DNA of 64,000 bases, from positions 34,775-98,774 of the forward strand of contig CAZMNX010000001.1 of NCBI GenBank assembly GCA_964567825.1. The letters run 5' to 3'. The stretch is from an uncultured Candidatus Saccharibacteria bacterium. Its GTDB lineage: Bacteria; Patescibacteriota; Minisyncoccia; Phycocordibacterales; GWA1-40-21. Each line of letters begins with the position of its first letter. Within the stretch, counting starts at the first letter, position 1. Shown piece by piece: positions 1-9,424 of this stretch. Below the pieces are notes generated by a model. It ran no database searches. It was given only the letters and a program-made list of their open reading frames with translations, and was not told the origin of the DNA. Both the position numbers and the translations under genes were made by a program.

Positions 1-595
1 CAGTCTTGATTGCCAAATTACCACTAACAACCAAACCCGAGCTGGCCACCTTGTCACCCGCCGCTTTATTTACCGGTATCGATTCTCCAGTTAAAGATGA
101 TTCGTCGACTGAGGCCTGACCAGATAAAACCACTCCATCAATCGGAATTCTTTCCCCCAAATCGACTAGGACTGTATCGCCCACCACCACCTCAGCATAA
201 TTAATTTCCAAAATTTCGCCGCTGCGCTCTACTTTAATTTTTACCGGTTTAAGTTTGAGCAGACTTTCTAAACTTTTTTTAGCCTTTGCTTCGTTATAGG
301 CTAAAAGTAATCGAGCAAAAGTCAGCATTAAGTTGATGAAAATGGCCGACAACCATTCTTTTTCAACCAAAGAAAAAACCAAAGCAATGGCCGCCAGAAG
401 ATCGATTGTCACTTTTCGGCTAATCACAACTTTTATCGCGCTCCACACAACAGGTAAAGTACCGATAACCGCCACTAATAGAATAAGCGGATTGTAGATA
501 TCAATATTTAAAACCCTAAGTCCTTCTAAAACCAGAACAATCAGCAAAAAAGCCATCAGGGCAATATCAAAATAGACGGCACGAAGGTATTTCAT
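1..595 (-). CDS. Heavy-metal-translocating P1B-type ATPase, N-terminal part (runs off window edge)
   Basis: Manual translation from ATG at 595: [10 protein letters not shown]..., TM helices, then actuator motifs GERIPIDG and [10 protein letters not shown]. Confidence 0.85.
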   Translation of the reverse strand, partial: MKYLRAVYFDIALMAFLLIVLVLEGLRVLNIDIYNPLILLVAVIGTLPVVWSAIKVVISRKVTIDLLAAIALVFSLVEKEWLSAIFINLMLTFARLLLAYNEAKAKKSLESLLKLKPVKIKVERSGEILEINYAEVVVGDTVLVDLGERIPIDGVVLSGQASVDESSLTGESIPVNKAAGDKVASSGLVVSGNLAIKT

Positions 596-618
596 CAATC
601 TATTTTAGCACACAAAGA

Positions 619-1182
619 TTATTTGTTCAGCTTCACCGCACCCTCACGCAGTACCTCGATTTTATTGTCCTTAATTCTAACCAGAGTTGAGGGTAAAGAA
701 TCTAAATCTCCACCGTCCACGTAAAAATCCACCTTATCACCGAAATATTTCTTGGCCTCCTCTAGGTTTTTCGCCGGCGACTGTCCCTCCAAATTTGCAC
801 TTGGCGCCACCAAGGGTCCAGTTTGTTTGAGGACTTCAATCAAATCCCTCTTATCCGGCAAACGGAAAGCATTACATCCTTCTGGTCGACGGATATGTTC
901 AAACTTAGGACTATTATAAAACATTTCAACACTAACCTTACCTGGCCAATATTTGTTTAAAAACTCACTCACCTCGGTTGAAAGTTTTATACCAAAAAGA
1001 TCTAGGTCAGCAATTGAACTTATCAAGACAATAAAACCTTTGCCATCGGATCGATTTTTAAGCTGGGAAATTCTAGTGACTGTATTAGGCAAATCCGCCC
1101 GACCAACAAGCCCATATATAGTGTCGGTTGGAATAACTCCTATCCCGCCATTTTTAAGAATTTCGGTATTTTCTGGAGACAT
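619..1182 (-). CDS. tsaC: L-threonylcarbamoyladenylate synthase (Sua5/YrdC family)
   Basis: PTDTIYGL, K-x-R, PSANL, PSTL motifs. Confidence 0.92.
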   Translation of the reverse strand: MSPENTEILKNGGIGVIPTDTIYGLVGRADLPNTVTRISQLKNRSDGKGFIVLISSIADLDLFGIKLSTEVSEFLNKYWPGKVSVEMFYNSPKFEHIRRPEGCNAFRLPDKRDLIEVLKQTGPLVAPSANLEGQSPAKNLEEAKKYFGDKVDFYVDGGDLDSLPSTLVRIKDNKIEVLREGAVKLNK

Positions 1183-1188
1183 TTTTTC

Positions 1189-1608
1189 TTATTCTAAACC
1201 GGTTCCCCCCTTATTTTCTTTTCCTTCAGTGTAATTTCTGATCACCTGGAAAGCCCGCTCGAACACTTCGCGATAAATTCCATGATGCACACTCTCTAAA
1301 TCAGATAAAATGGCGTCGTGATTTACTCCCTCATCTTTGAATTCTGGATTCAGTAATCTTTTAAGAATCGCGAATTTGTAAATACTGTCGGCCAAGCTCA
1401 GTTGATAGGCCTCATCAGCCTCTTTATTCTCAGATTCCGGTGTTTCGCTTTTTCCAGCTTCTTCAAGCCTTCTGGCCTCATCCATGCGAGCCTCGTATTC
1501 TGCACATTTTCGGGTTAGTTTAGCCACAAGTTCTGGATCGTCTGGTAATCTAATCGCCGCCGGTGCCGATTCTGCGCCCTCTTTTCCTCCTTTAAACATT
1601 CCAAACAT
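1189..1608 (-). CDS. Hypothetical protein
   Basis: 139-aa ORF co-oriented with neighbours; no motif recognised. Confidence 0.6.
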   Translation of the reverse strand: MFGMFKGGKEGAESAPAAIRLPDDPELVAKLTRKCAEYEARMDEARRLEEAGKSETPESENKEADEAYQLSLADSIYKFAILKRLLNPEFKDEGVNHDAILSDLESVHHGIYREVFERAFQVIRNYTEGKENKGGTGLE

Positions 1609-1674
1609 AATTTTTTAAGTTAACTGATAAAAAATAATTATATCAAAAAACATGCTATAATGGTATTAATAAAC

Positions 1675-2688
1675 TCACTTCATCGAATCATAAACACTCC
1701 ACCTTTCCAAACCAAGCGCCCAGGCTGAAAAGCCGCGCAGTTTATTTTGTTTAATTAAAGCAATTTTTTTAGCTACACTTTTAGCATTTTCATACCAAAT
1801 CGTGTAGCCCTTACCGTCCCGACTCCAATAATGAAAATAGGGGGCCTGCTCAGTTGTATCATAACCAAAAGTAACTTTGTATTTTTTAAAAACATTTTCG
1901 ATTCCCTCGTTGCCACCAATTCCCGTTCGCTTACCATCTAGGTCACGCCATTGCCAATAATATAAACCTAGGCCCAAAGAAATTTTCTCGGGCGGAATTT
2001 TAGTTAAACTAAAAGCAACAACCTTAGTTAGCCAAACATAGCCGGTCACCGGACCTTTAGAATAGGGATCATCATAGGACATCAAACTAATAAAATCGGT
2101 GCTGGAAGCCAGACGGGCATAATCATAAACACCAATAATTCTTTCCCATAAATTTTTGGGGTAATCTGGTGGATTTTCTGAAATCTGAGCAATCACCGCC
2201 ACGCTTAATTTCAAATCATTTTCACTAAAGACCACGTAGGCTCGTTCAATGAATTCAGAGAAACGGTCACGGTAAGCCAGTTCCATCTGTTCAAAGTCAA
2301 TTTGCCAACCCCAATAACCAAAGTCCTTGGCCTCCTGAACCAAATCTGCAATCAAAACATCCTGCCGAGTAACATCATCAAGGAAATCACGACTAGTCGT
2401 GGCGTGAAAGTTACCGTTAGTTAATAGCGGCATCACCTTTATTTTATTAAACTTAGCAAAATCTAAAAGATCCGCCTTTACCGAGCCAAAAAGTTTTCCC
2501 TCCTTATCAATTGCATAATTCTGAGGAGCAAAAACGTCAATCGGCCCCGGATGAGCAAAGAATGATTTTCGGGCGTTCGGCCCTTCGCGAAAATAAAATA
2601 ATCTTTCGTATGTTGCCGCCTCCACAACCCCTCCTAAATAAAAAAAGAAGACAACAATTAATAACAATTTAAGTGAAAAACCCCTCAT
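1675..2688 (-). CDS. Secreted glycoside hydrolase family 18 protein (chitinase/SleL-like)
   Basis: Signal peptide from ATG 2688; GWQIDFE catalytic strand, LMSYD, WYENAKS, GFSAWALG. Confidence 0.85.
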   Translation of the reverse strand: MRGFSLKLLLIVVFFFYLGGVVEAATYERLFYFREGPNARKSFFAHPGPIDVFAPQNYAIDKEGKLFGSVKADLLDFAKFNKIKVMPLLTNGNFHATTSRDFLDDVTRQDVLIADLVQEAKDFGYWGWQIDFEQMELAYRDRFSEFIERAYVVFSENDLKLSVAVIAQISENPPDYPKNLWERIIGVYDYARLASSTDFISLMSYDDPYSKGPVTGYVWLTKVVAFSLTKIPPEKISLGLGLYYWQWRDLDGKRTGIGGNEGIENVFKKYKVTFGYDTTEQAPYFHYWSRDGKGYTIWYENAKSVAKKIALIKQNKLRGFSAWALGLERWSVYDSMK

Positions 2689-2739
2689 TTCAATAGCATA
2701 ACATAACACCACGTCGTGGAGAAAATATTTCATAATAGA

Positions 2740-3276
2740 TTAGGCCGCCTTCTCTTCTAACAAAGCATCCATCTGACTCTCAATCCTATCCATAGACGCC
2801 TTATAGTCAGCGTCACTTATTAAATTTAGGTCGTGTCTAGCTCTTAATATATCCCTCTCATCTCGAGCAAGTGACATCCTTTTTTCTAAATCTTCTTTCT
2901 GCAACCGTTTCTTCTCTTTATCTTGCTCACCTTGTTTTTTTGATTCTAATTCATCACGCTTAGAATCGCCCTGATTCAACCAGGCTTCAACTTCTAAAGC
3001 CTTATTACCTACCCTAGCGGTCATTTCATGAAATTCAACTTGGGCCACTTCATCATTCATTACTTCCATTGTCTGCCCCTCTTCTTCTAACGTATCATAA
3101 GCCTGATTAAGAAAATCAAGTTCTTTCCTTAACTGAGCTGGATCCATCCTAGATAAAACATCGTCAGTCAATTCATCTATTTTGACGTCTGCACCTTTAA
3201 AAAGTGCGTCGAGCATCTCTTCTTTTTCTCCAGGTTTTTTTATATTATCAATTGAGCTCATATAATAAAATATCAT
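2740..3276 (-). CDS. Hypothetical acidic coiled-coil protein
   Basis: E/K/D-rich helical ORF. Confidence 0.6.
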   Translation of the reverse strand: MIFYYMSSIDNIKKPGEKEEMLDALFKGADVKIDELTDDVLSRMDPAQLRKELDFLNQAYDTLEEEGQTMEVMNDEVAQVEFHEMTARVGNKALEVEAWLNQGDSKRDELESKKQGEQDKEKKRLQKEDLEKRMSLARDERDILRARHDLNLISDADYKASMDRIESQMDALLEEKAA

Positions 3277-3284
3277 ATCACAAA

Positions 3285-3359
3285 TGGGGTGACTACTGGG
3301 AGTTGAACCCAGACAGAGAGCTCCACAAGCTCGCGTGCTACCGCTACACCATAGCCACC
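3285..3359 (-). tRNA. tRNA-His(GTG)
   Basis: Cloverleaf with G-1, anticodon loop TTGTGGA, T-loop TTCAACT, encoded CCA. Confidence 0.93.
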
Positions 3360-3377
3360 ATATTACCGCCAGATTAA

Positions 3378-3911
3378 CTATTTATACTCTGGGGCAGACT
3401 CTTTTATACCACTTTTATGGTTAGCCTGTCTAGCCAAAGCGTATAAAAGACTAGACAGACGATTTAGATAAGATAAGGTGTGCTCCCCGACTTTTACCTT
3501 CCCCTCTTCCGAAACGCCAACAACGCGGCGCTCAGCGCGGCGGGCTAATGTTCTAGCAAAATCAAAATGAGCCGCCAATTCGGTACCACCCGAAACAAAA
3601 AAGGTTTTAATTGGTGGTAATTCTTTTTCAATACTATCTACAATCTTTTCAATATCCTTAACTTTTTCTTCGACGATTTTTTTATCAGCCCCAGCCAATT
3701 CGGCCTGAATCATAAATAAATTTTGTTGAGCATTATTTATTATTTCTGATAATACCAAATCCCGCTGGGCCAGAACCTTACAAATTCCCAAAAAAGAATT
3801 TGTTTCATCTAAAGTTCCAAGCGCCTCAGCGATCGCTGAGCTCTTAGAAATTCTTTGGTCACAACCAAAAGTCTTAGTCGTGCCTTTATCGCCTTTTCTG
3901 GTATATAACAT
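3378..3911 (-). CDS. Cob(I)alamin adenosyltransferase, PduO type
   Basis: YTRKGDKGTT, GTLDE-x-NS, RTLARRAERR, YLNRLSSLL motifs. Confidence 0.9.
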   Translation of the reverse strand: MLYTRKGDKGTTKTFGCDQRISKSSAIAEALGTLDETNSFLGICKVLAQRDLVLSEIINNAQQNLFMIQAELAGADKKIVEEKVKDIEKIVDSIEKELPPIKTFFVSGGTELAAHFDFARTLARRAERRVVGVSEEGKVKVGEHTLSYLNRLSSLLYALARQANHKSGIKESAPEYK

Positions 3912-3934
3912 AGGATAATTATACTCCTTTACTG

Positions 3935-4018
3935 TGCACGGGAGAAGATTTGAACTTCCAAGCCCTTGCGGGCGCTACCACCTCAAGGTAGTGCGTCTAC
4001 CAGTTTCGCCACCCGTGC
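3935..4018 (-). tRNA. tRNA-Leu(GAG)
   Basis: Cloverleaf with long variable arm GCCC-GCAA-GGGC, anticodon GAG. Confidence 0.93.
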
Positions 4019-4045
4019 AATGCTGGTAATATAGCTTAAAATTAA

Positions 4046-4077
4046 ACAAAAATACAGTGTCGCCACTGTATTTTTGT
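4046..4077. terminator. Intrinsic terminator hairpin after rplS
   Basis: ACAAAAATACAGTG-tcgc-CACTGTATTTTTGT inverted repeat. Confidence 0.7.
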
Positions 4078-4079
4078 AA

Positions 4080-4481
4080 TTATTTAGTTTCAGTTGGAGC
4101 TTCAGTTGTTTCGCTTTTAGGTTCTACTGGCTCCTTAGCATTAATGATATTTTTCATCTTACGACGAATTTCCTTGGCCGCTTTTTCACGAACATTATAT
4201 AGTTTTGAACGGCGGGCTTTAGAATTTCTAACAATTTCAATTTTTTCGATATTGGGAGAAAATAAAGGGAAAATTCTTTCGACTCCAACGCCGTCTATTA
4301 CTTTTCTGACGGTCAAAGTACCACCCGCTTCATCACCGTGTTTACGAGCAATGATCATTCCTTCAAAAATCTGAACACGAGACTTATCGCCTTCCACAAT
4401 TTTCTGGTGAACGCGAACAGTATCGCTCGCTTTGAGGTTTAATTTCTTTCTTTCTTCGATGTTTACTGATGAAATTTTCAT
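4080..4481 (-). CDS. rplS: 50S ribosomal protein L19
   Basis: [37 protein letters not shown]. Confidence 0.96.
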   Translation of the reverse strand: MKISSVNIEERKKLNLKASDTVRVHQKIVEGDKSRVQIFEGMIIARKHGDEAGGTLTVRKVIDGVGVERIFPLFSPNIEKIEIVRNSKARRSKLYNVREKAAKEIRRKMKNIINAKEPVEPKSETTEAPTETK

Positions 4482-4519
4482 TAGGCTAATCTAACACAAT
4501 TAAGCTTTTTTCGCAAATT

Positions 4520-5257
4520 TTACTGAACCCTAAAAAACTCCACCGCTTTTTGAAAGTCCGACGGATAAGGAGCGACGATTTTCATTACTTTTCCCTTACC
4601 GTCATCGGTTGGTACTTCAAATTCAATCGCATAAGCGTGTAGGGCCAAACGATTAATGAAAGAATCAATTGGTGACTTGCGATATACCGCGTATTGTTTA
4701 TCTCCAATGATGCCGTGCCCAGTATCGGCAAAATGAACGCGTAACTGGTGCGTTCGCCCGGTTTGCGGATTGGCTTCAATTAACGAAATCTTCTCCTTTC
4801 GAGCTAAGGTTTTATAGTGAGTAATTGCTTCTTTGGTTTCGCCACGAACCGCCTTGCCGGTGGCGCGTTTACGAAAATCGCTTTTATTACGACCAATTGG
4901 CAGATTAATAATTCCCTCATCGTAGCGCACGTCACCATAAACTACGGCATGGTAAAACTTTTCGATCTCCCTTCTAACAAATTGCTTCTTTAAAAAATCA
5001 TAGGTTGCCTGGTTTTTCGCCACCAGAACAATACCCGATGTCTCGCGATCAATCCGATGGACAATTCCCCATCTTTTTATTACTTCACCAATACCGAGCT
5101 TAAGTGGCTCACCCACATTTTCAAGCTTAGGATATTTTTCTTTGATCCAATCAGTTAAAGCTAGCTCTTTAGTTCGACCATCAGTGTGCACAACCAAACC
5201 CGACGGTTTATTAACCGCCAGCAAATTTTTATCTTCATATAGAATTGGAACCTCCAT
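4520..5257 (-). CDS. RluA/RluD-family pseudouridine synthase
   Basis: NKPSGLVVH, HRIDRETSG (catalytic Asp), TGRTHQLRVH, GDKQY, LALHA. Confidence 0.92.
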   Translation of the reverse strand: MEVPILYEDKNLLAVNKPSGLVVHTDGRTKELALTDWIKEKYPKLENVGEPLKLGIGEVIKRWGIVHRIDRETSGIVLVAKNQATYDFLKKQFVRREIEKFYHAVVYGDVRYDEGIINLPIGRNKSDFRKRATGKAVRGETKEAITHYKTLARKEKISLIEANPQTGRTHQLRVHFADTGHGIIGDKQYAVYRKSPIDSFINRLALHAYAIEFEVPTDDGKGKVMKIVAPYPSDFQKAVEFFRVQ

Positions 5258-5258
5258 G

Positions 5259-5331
5259 TGGGCGATACAGGACTCGAACCTGTGACATCTTCAGTGTAAA
5301 TGAAGCGCTCTACCAACTGAGCTAATCGCCC
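5259..5331 (-). tRNA. tRNA-Val(TAC)
   Basis: Cloverleaf, anticodon loop TTTACAC, T-loop TTCGAGT. Confidence 0.93.
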
Positions 5332-5346
5332 GTTTCTCCCAGACTG

Positions 5347-5418
5347 TGCCCCCGGTAGGAATCGAACCTACATCAATGCCTTAGAAGAGCACTGCTCGAT
5401 CCATTGAGCTACGAGGGC
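5347..5418 (-). tRNA. tRNA-Arg(TCT)
   Basis: Cloverleaf, anticodon loop CTTCTAA, T-loop TTCGATT. Confidence 0.9.
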
Positions 5419-5449
5419 AAAACCAAGGGACCACCAGAATATAACAGCT

Positions 5450-5788
5450 TTAGAGAGATGGGTCAACTATTCTGGGGCCGTCCTTTATTTTTTGAAAGTC
5501 GGCCTGCCTAGCCTCGAACAATAACAAGGCTGATTGTAATTTTTTAAGATCTATCGTTTTCGCTGCCGTCGGTTCCGTGATCGGCTCAGATGCTAAATAG
5601 CCGCCACCGATTTCATTACTTAAATAAATTTTCCAAGCATAAAAAGAAATGAGAAACATTATTACCGTAAAAACACAGACGATTATTTTCCAATCTCTGA
5701 CGTAAGATCGATTCGAATACACCGCCGCTTCAGTTTTTACTGATTTGGGGTGTCGCCTGAAAAACTTTTTAAAAGTAATCTTTTTCAT
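5450..5788 (-). CDS. Single-TM protein at the end of the pilMNO cluster
   Basis: One TM helix; last gene of the pil operon. Confidence 0.6.
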   Translation of the reverse strand: MKKITFKKFFRRHPKSVKTEAAVYSNRSYVRDWKIIVCVFTVIMFLISFYAWKIYLSNEIGGGYLASEPITEPTAAKTIDLKKLQSALLLFEARQADFQKIKDGPRIVDPSL

Positions 5789-5794
5789 TATTAT

Positions 5795-6355
5795 TTAATT
5801 TTTAAGTTTACCGACAGAAAAATCTAAATCCGCCGACCAGATTCGTTCTCCTTTTGTTGAGCCCAAATCAAAACTATCGTTAAGCGAAACGCTATTTACA
5901 ACCACTACTCTTGGTAAATTTTCAACTGTTTGCAAAAAACGATAAACATTCTCCCAACGCCCAGAGAAATTGACCCTTAACCGAAGAAGATTAGCGGTAT
6001 CTGAAGCGCCCAGCTCGCCAGAATTCTCATAACCAACGAAACCAATTGTTTGAATAACGCCACTGGTTTTGGCCAGTGCTTCAAAATAGCTAATAAAGTC
6101 AGCTGTTTCCCCATTACCACTACCGACAAAGTACTGATCTAGTTTTTGTCGCTCGGCGACCGAACTCGCAATCGAATCTCTTAGGTTCAAATCTCGTTCC
6201 CTCTCGGCTGATGAAATCATCAGTTGTTTAACTTTATCGTTAATACCAACAATCTTGCCGACCAAAAGATTAGAGAAAATTATCGTCAGTGTAATTGTTA
6301 AAACAAAAAAGATTATAACCAGAATAAATATTTTTTTTGAATAATTTAACTTCAT
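5795..6355 (-). CDS. pilO: Type IV pilus assembly protein, PilO-like
   Basis: N-terminal TM, coiled coil, 'G.W..VY.FL..VENLPRVVVVNSVSL' ferredoxin-like motif; follows pilM/pilN. Confidence 0.75.
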   Translation of the reverse strand: MKLNYSKKIFILVIIFFVLTITLTIIFSNLLVGKIVGINDKVKQLMISSAERERDLNLRDSIASSVAERQKLDQYFVGSGNGETADFISYFEALAKTSGVIQTIGFVGYENSGELGASDTANLLRLRVNFSGRWENVYRFLQTVENLPRVVVVNSVSLNDSFDLGSTKGERIWSADLDFSVGKLKN

Positions 6356-6897
6356 ATCTCGGTTTTAATATTTATCGTAAAAGGAATATTCGAATCTCTA
6401 ACTAAATCAGAAATTGGCGAGTCAACGACTGAATAGCCAGCTCTGGTTTTTAAATCATTAATAAATGTAACCAAGCCTTGGCGATTTTTCGATATGCCAC
6501 TAACCAAAAACTGGATCTGGTTCTTTTTTACTAAACTAAACGATAGTCGATTGATCTGAACATTAGCATTCCGACTAGTAATAATCTTGGCGAAGTTGGT
6601 TGAGGCGATGGTGTTGTTCCGGCCATAAGCCTCAACCATTTTAATCTCGTCCAATGTTTGGGTTACGATCCTCAACGCACTTTCACCAATATTCTCTTTA
6701 TTTTCAACGTTAATAACCGTCTTAAATTGATCGCCAACCAGCTTGTCTTTTTGACTGACAGAAGCGTAGTAAGGAATAACGTAAGCCAAAAAATAGACTG
6801 AAAGTAAGGCGGCCATTAAAATAACCGCGGTTCCAAGTCGGAGAAAATACTCTGTTCTAATTGTCTTTTTTTGTTTTTCGGTTATTAGATTGGCCAT
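6352..6897 (-). CDS. pilN: Type IV pilus assembly protein, PilN-like
   Basis: N-terminal 'ANLI' (INLLP-like) motif, TM helix, 'VSG.S.NR..L..FI..LK' motif. Confidence 0.72.
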   Translation of the reverse strand: MANLITEKQKKTIRTEYFLRLGTAVILMAALLSVYFLAYVIPYYASVSQKDKLVGDQFKTVINVENKENIGESALRIVTQTLDEIKMVEAYGRNNTIASTNFAKIITSRNANVQINRLSFSLVKKNQIQFLVSGISKNRQGLVTFINDLKTRAGYSVVDSPISDLVRDSNIPFTINIKTEI

Positions 6898-6900
6898 AAA

Positions 6901-7965
6901 TTAAGATAAACTAAGACCATTCACCGCTGCATAATTTAATGAATCCAGATAACTTAGCTCCGGTGTGTATTGCTCTAATTTAAAGTTATTTATCCAAACA
7001 TTAGCTAAGTCAACCTTTAAATTCAAATTTAGAGACAGGTATTCTGGTAAACCAACAATCGTAGCTTCTTGACCACATAAAATGATCCTATCTACTTCAC
7101 CGACAACATCTTCACGTTCGTTACAGTAAAGGATAAACTTATACAACTCATCTTTGATGGCAGAAATAGTATTAATTAAATAAGAAAAAACTTCCATATT
7201 TTCCTCGTGGCTGTTATAAAGTTTCTCTTTCTTTAGCTTCGAGGCTTCAGCCGGGGAAATCTTAAAATATTTACACAAAGAATCGGTAAACGCCGAACTA
7301 CCAAAATTAATCGAGGAGGTTTGATAGACGACACCGTTTACAACTAAAGATAAGATGATATTAGACTCTTTAATGTTTACCAAAACGATAACCTGCCGAT
7401 TTCCCTCTTTAATTACCGCCCGGGCAACATTGTTGGCTTCACCACCAAAAAAAATAGGGGTTAGGCCCGCCGATTCAAAAACTGCCTGCCAGTCCTCAAT
7501 AAATTTAAGCGGCGAGGCTGTAACAACAACATCTAGTCCGCTTTGTGATTGATTTTTAGGAACAATATCGAAATCAAAAACTGCCTCCTTAGAAGAAAGG
7601 GGAATATTTTCCTCAAGCTTAAAATCTAAAATATCGTGTATCTCCTTAACTTCGAGCTCCGGTAAATGGGTTTTAAAAATATAAGTTTTTTCTTCTGGAA
7701 TAGAAAATCGGACGCAATTAACATTGGTTCTCTGTCTAATTTCCTTTAGCGCCTTAATTACTGAGTCTCTCTTAATAATTTCACTATGAATAATTGACCC
7801 TGCCTCAAAATCAACTTGGCCATACTTTTCTGGCAATAGGCCCTCAGCTCTATTTTTAGTTGAAAGAAAGCAAAAAGCATTATCGACCAATTCCAAAGAG
7901 ACCGCGGGCATGGCTAAAAATTTCGGGGGGGTAAAAAACTTTGAATAATTTGCTTTATGGGCCAT
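6901..7965 (-). CDS. pilM: Type IV pilus assembly protein PilM (actin-like)
   Basis: Likely start ATG 7965; IPLS..EAVFDF, IILCG, NVWIN; first gene of the pil cluster. Confidence 0.82.
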   Translation of the reverse strand: MAHKANYSKFFTPPKFLAMPAVSLELVDNAFCFLSTKNRAEGLLPEKYGQVDFEAGSIIHSEIIKRDSVIKALKEIRQRTNVNCVRFSIPEEKTYIFKTHLPELEVKEIHDILDFKLEENIPLSSKEAVFDFDIVPKNQSQSGLDVVVTASPLKFIEDWQAVFESAGLTPIFFGGEANNVARAVIKEGNRQVIVLVNIKESNIILSLVVNGVVYQTSSINFGSSAFTDSLCKYFKISPAEASKLKKEKLYNSHEENMEVFSYLINTISAIKDELYKFILYCNEREDVVGEVDRIILCGQEATIVGLPEYLSLNLNLKVDLANVWINNFKLEQYTPELSYLDSLNYAAVNGLSLS

Positions 7966-7990
7966 AGTATTTCTGGCCTTATTATAGCAT

Positions 7991-8584
7991 TTATTTTTTA
8001 TTTTTAAACCATTCAAAAACACCAGGTAAAATCGAGACAAAAACAATCAGCAAAACGATCGGTAAAAAGTATTTTTCCACTCCGGGAACAAGTTGACCGA
8101 GAAAATAACCAGATGTAATGATAATACTGGGCCATAATACACCCCCGATTATATTCCAGAAAGAGAAACGCTTAAAAGTCATCTCACCAATACCGGCAAA
8201 GATTGGGGCAAAGGTTCTGATCACGGGGATAAAACGGGAGATAACCACGGTCTTGTTACCATACTTCTCAAAGAATCTTTTGGTGTCCTCTAAGTGTTTA
8301 CGATGAAAAAATAGAGAGTCGGCTTTCTCAAACCAACGATGACCAATCGTTTTCCCAAAACCATAACCGACATAGCCGGCTGAAATGGCACAAATAATTG
8401 ATCCGAGAAGCAAAATCGGAAAGTTGAATAAGCCCTGAGATGCTACAAAACCAGCTGTAAATAGAAGCGAATCCCCCGGTAAGAAAAAACCAAAAAATAG
8501 GCCTGATTCAACAAAAACTATAGTCAACACGCCGAATAAACCGACCACCTGAATCAAATACATTATATCGAAAATGTGCGGCAT
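7991..8584 (-). CDS. DedA/VTT-family membrane protein
   Basis: FVESGLFFGFFLPGDSLLFTAG and RFIPVIRTFAP; likely start ATG 8584. Confidence 0.93.
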   Translation of the reverse strand: MPHIFDIMYLIQVVGLFGVLTIVFVESGLFFGFFLPGDSLLFTAGFVASQGLFNFPILLLGSIICAISAGYVGYGFGKTIGHRWFEKADSLFFHRKHLEDTKRFFEKYGNKTVVISRFIPVIRTFAPIFAGIGEMTFKRFSFWNIIGGVLWPSIIITSGYFLGQLVPGVEKYFLPIVLLIVFVSILPGVFEWFKNKK

Positions 8585-8585
8585 C

Positions 8586-8930
8586 TTATTTAGCTTTAGC
8601 GCCCGGCTTAACATCGACTCCAACTTCAAAAAGTGAAAAGGCCTCCTCCCCGCCCCCAACCGCCAAAACCATGCCATTACTTTCCAAGCCCATTAGTGAT
8701 CTTGGTTCTAAGTTAGTAACAAAAGCACACTTTTTTCCAACTAGGATACTTAAATCAGGAAAATATTTAGAGATCCCCGAGACAATTTGACGGGGCGCAC
8801 CTTCAGCAAAATCAACAGACAACTTCAGAAGCTTCTCCGAATTTTCAATTTTTTCAACAGCTAGGATCTGGCCAATCTTGATTTCTACTTTTTTAAAATC
8901 GTCGTAATTTATTTTTATTTCATCAGTCAT
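8586..8930 (-). CDS. tRNA-binding OB-fold protein (Trbp111/CsaA/MetG C-terminal like)
   Basis: DDFKKVEIKIG, RQIVSGI, NLEPR.LMGLESNGMVL. Confidence 0.9.
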   Translation of the reverse strand: MTDEIKINYDDFKKVEIKIGQILAVEKIENSEKLLKLSVDFAEGAPRQIVSGISKYFPDLSILVGKKCAFVTNLEPRSLMGLESNGMVLAVGGGEEAFSLFEVGVDVKPGAKAK

Positions 8931-8932
8931 AA

Positions 8933-9310
8933 TTATTTATTTTTATCAATATAACTTTGTAAAATTATCGCCGCTGCTGAAGCATCGATCATATCATTTT
9001 CCCCAGTAATCTGGCTTGCCTGAATTGAAGTCATAAATTCTGGCTCGAAAATAACTTTTAGGCCGATTAATTCCAGCTGTTTTCTAAAACCATCGATCTT
9101 CCACATGATCTCATTAATTTTCCCATGAAAATCACGCGATTCGCCCATCACCACTACTTCCACATTATTTTTAATACACAAATTAGCTATATTTTTCAAT
9201 AAATCACTATCGTTGGTTAAAACAATTTGAGGAAAGGCAATCCTTCCTTCATCATCAGACATAGCAATCCCCACTCTTTTTTCGCCAAAATCAATTCCTA
9301 GATATCGCAT
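8933..9310 (-). CDS. ruvX: YqgF/RuvX-family nuclease
   Basis: LGIDFGEKRVGIA, E..TS..A, IDASAAAIILQSY. Confidence 0.93.
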   Translation of the reverse strand: MRYLGIDFGEKRVGIAMSDDEGRIAFPQIVLTNDSDLLKNIANLCIKNNVEVVVMGESRDFHGKINEIMWKIDGFRKQLELIGLKVIFEPEFMTSIQASQITGENDMIDASAAAIILQSYIDKNK

Positions 9311-9351
9311 CTCCCCATCTTACACTAAAACAAACAATCAATAAATATGTC

Positions 9352-9394
9352 AAAGGGGTGGGGCGAATATTTCGCGCCCCACCCCCCTTTTTTT
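9352..9394. terminator. GC-rich terminator hairpin closing GC islet 1
   Basis: AAAGGGGTGGGGCG...CGCCCCACCCC followed by a T run. Confidence 0.65.
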
Positions 9395-9424
9395 CTTCCT
9401 GCTTTCTTTGTACAGACAGACGGC

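Noticed and set aside
3378-3911. PduO-type adenosyltransferase as evidence for cobalamin biosynthesis
   Set aside because: Stand-alone gene with no other cob/cbi genes in the window
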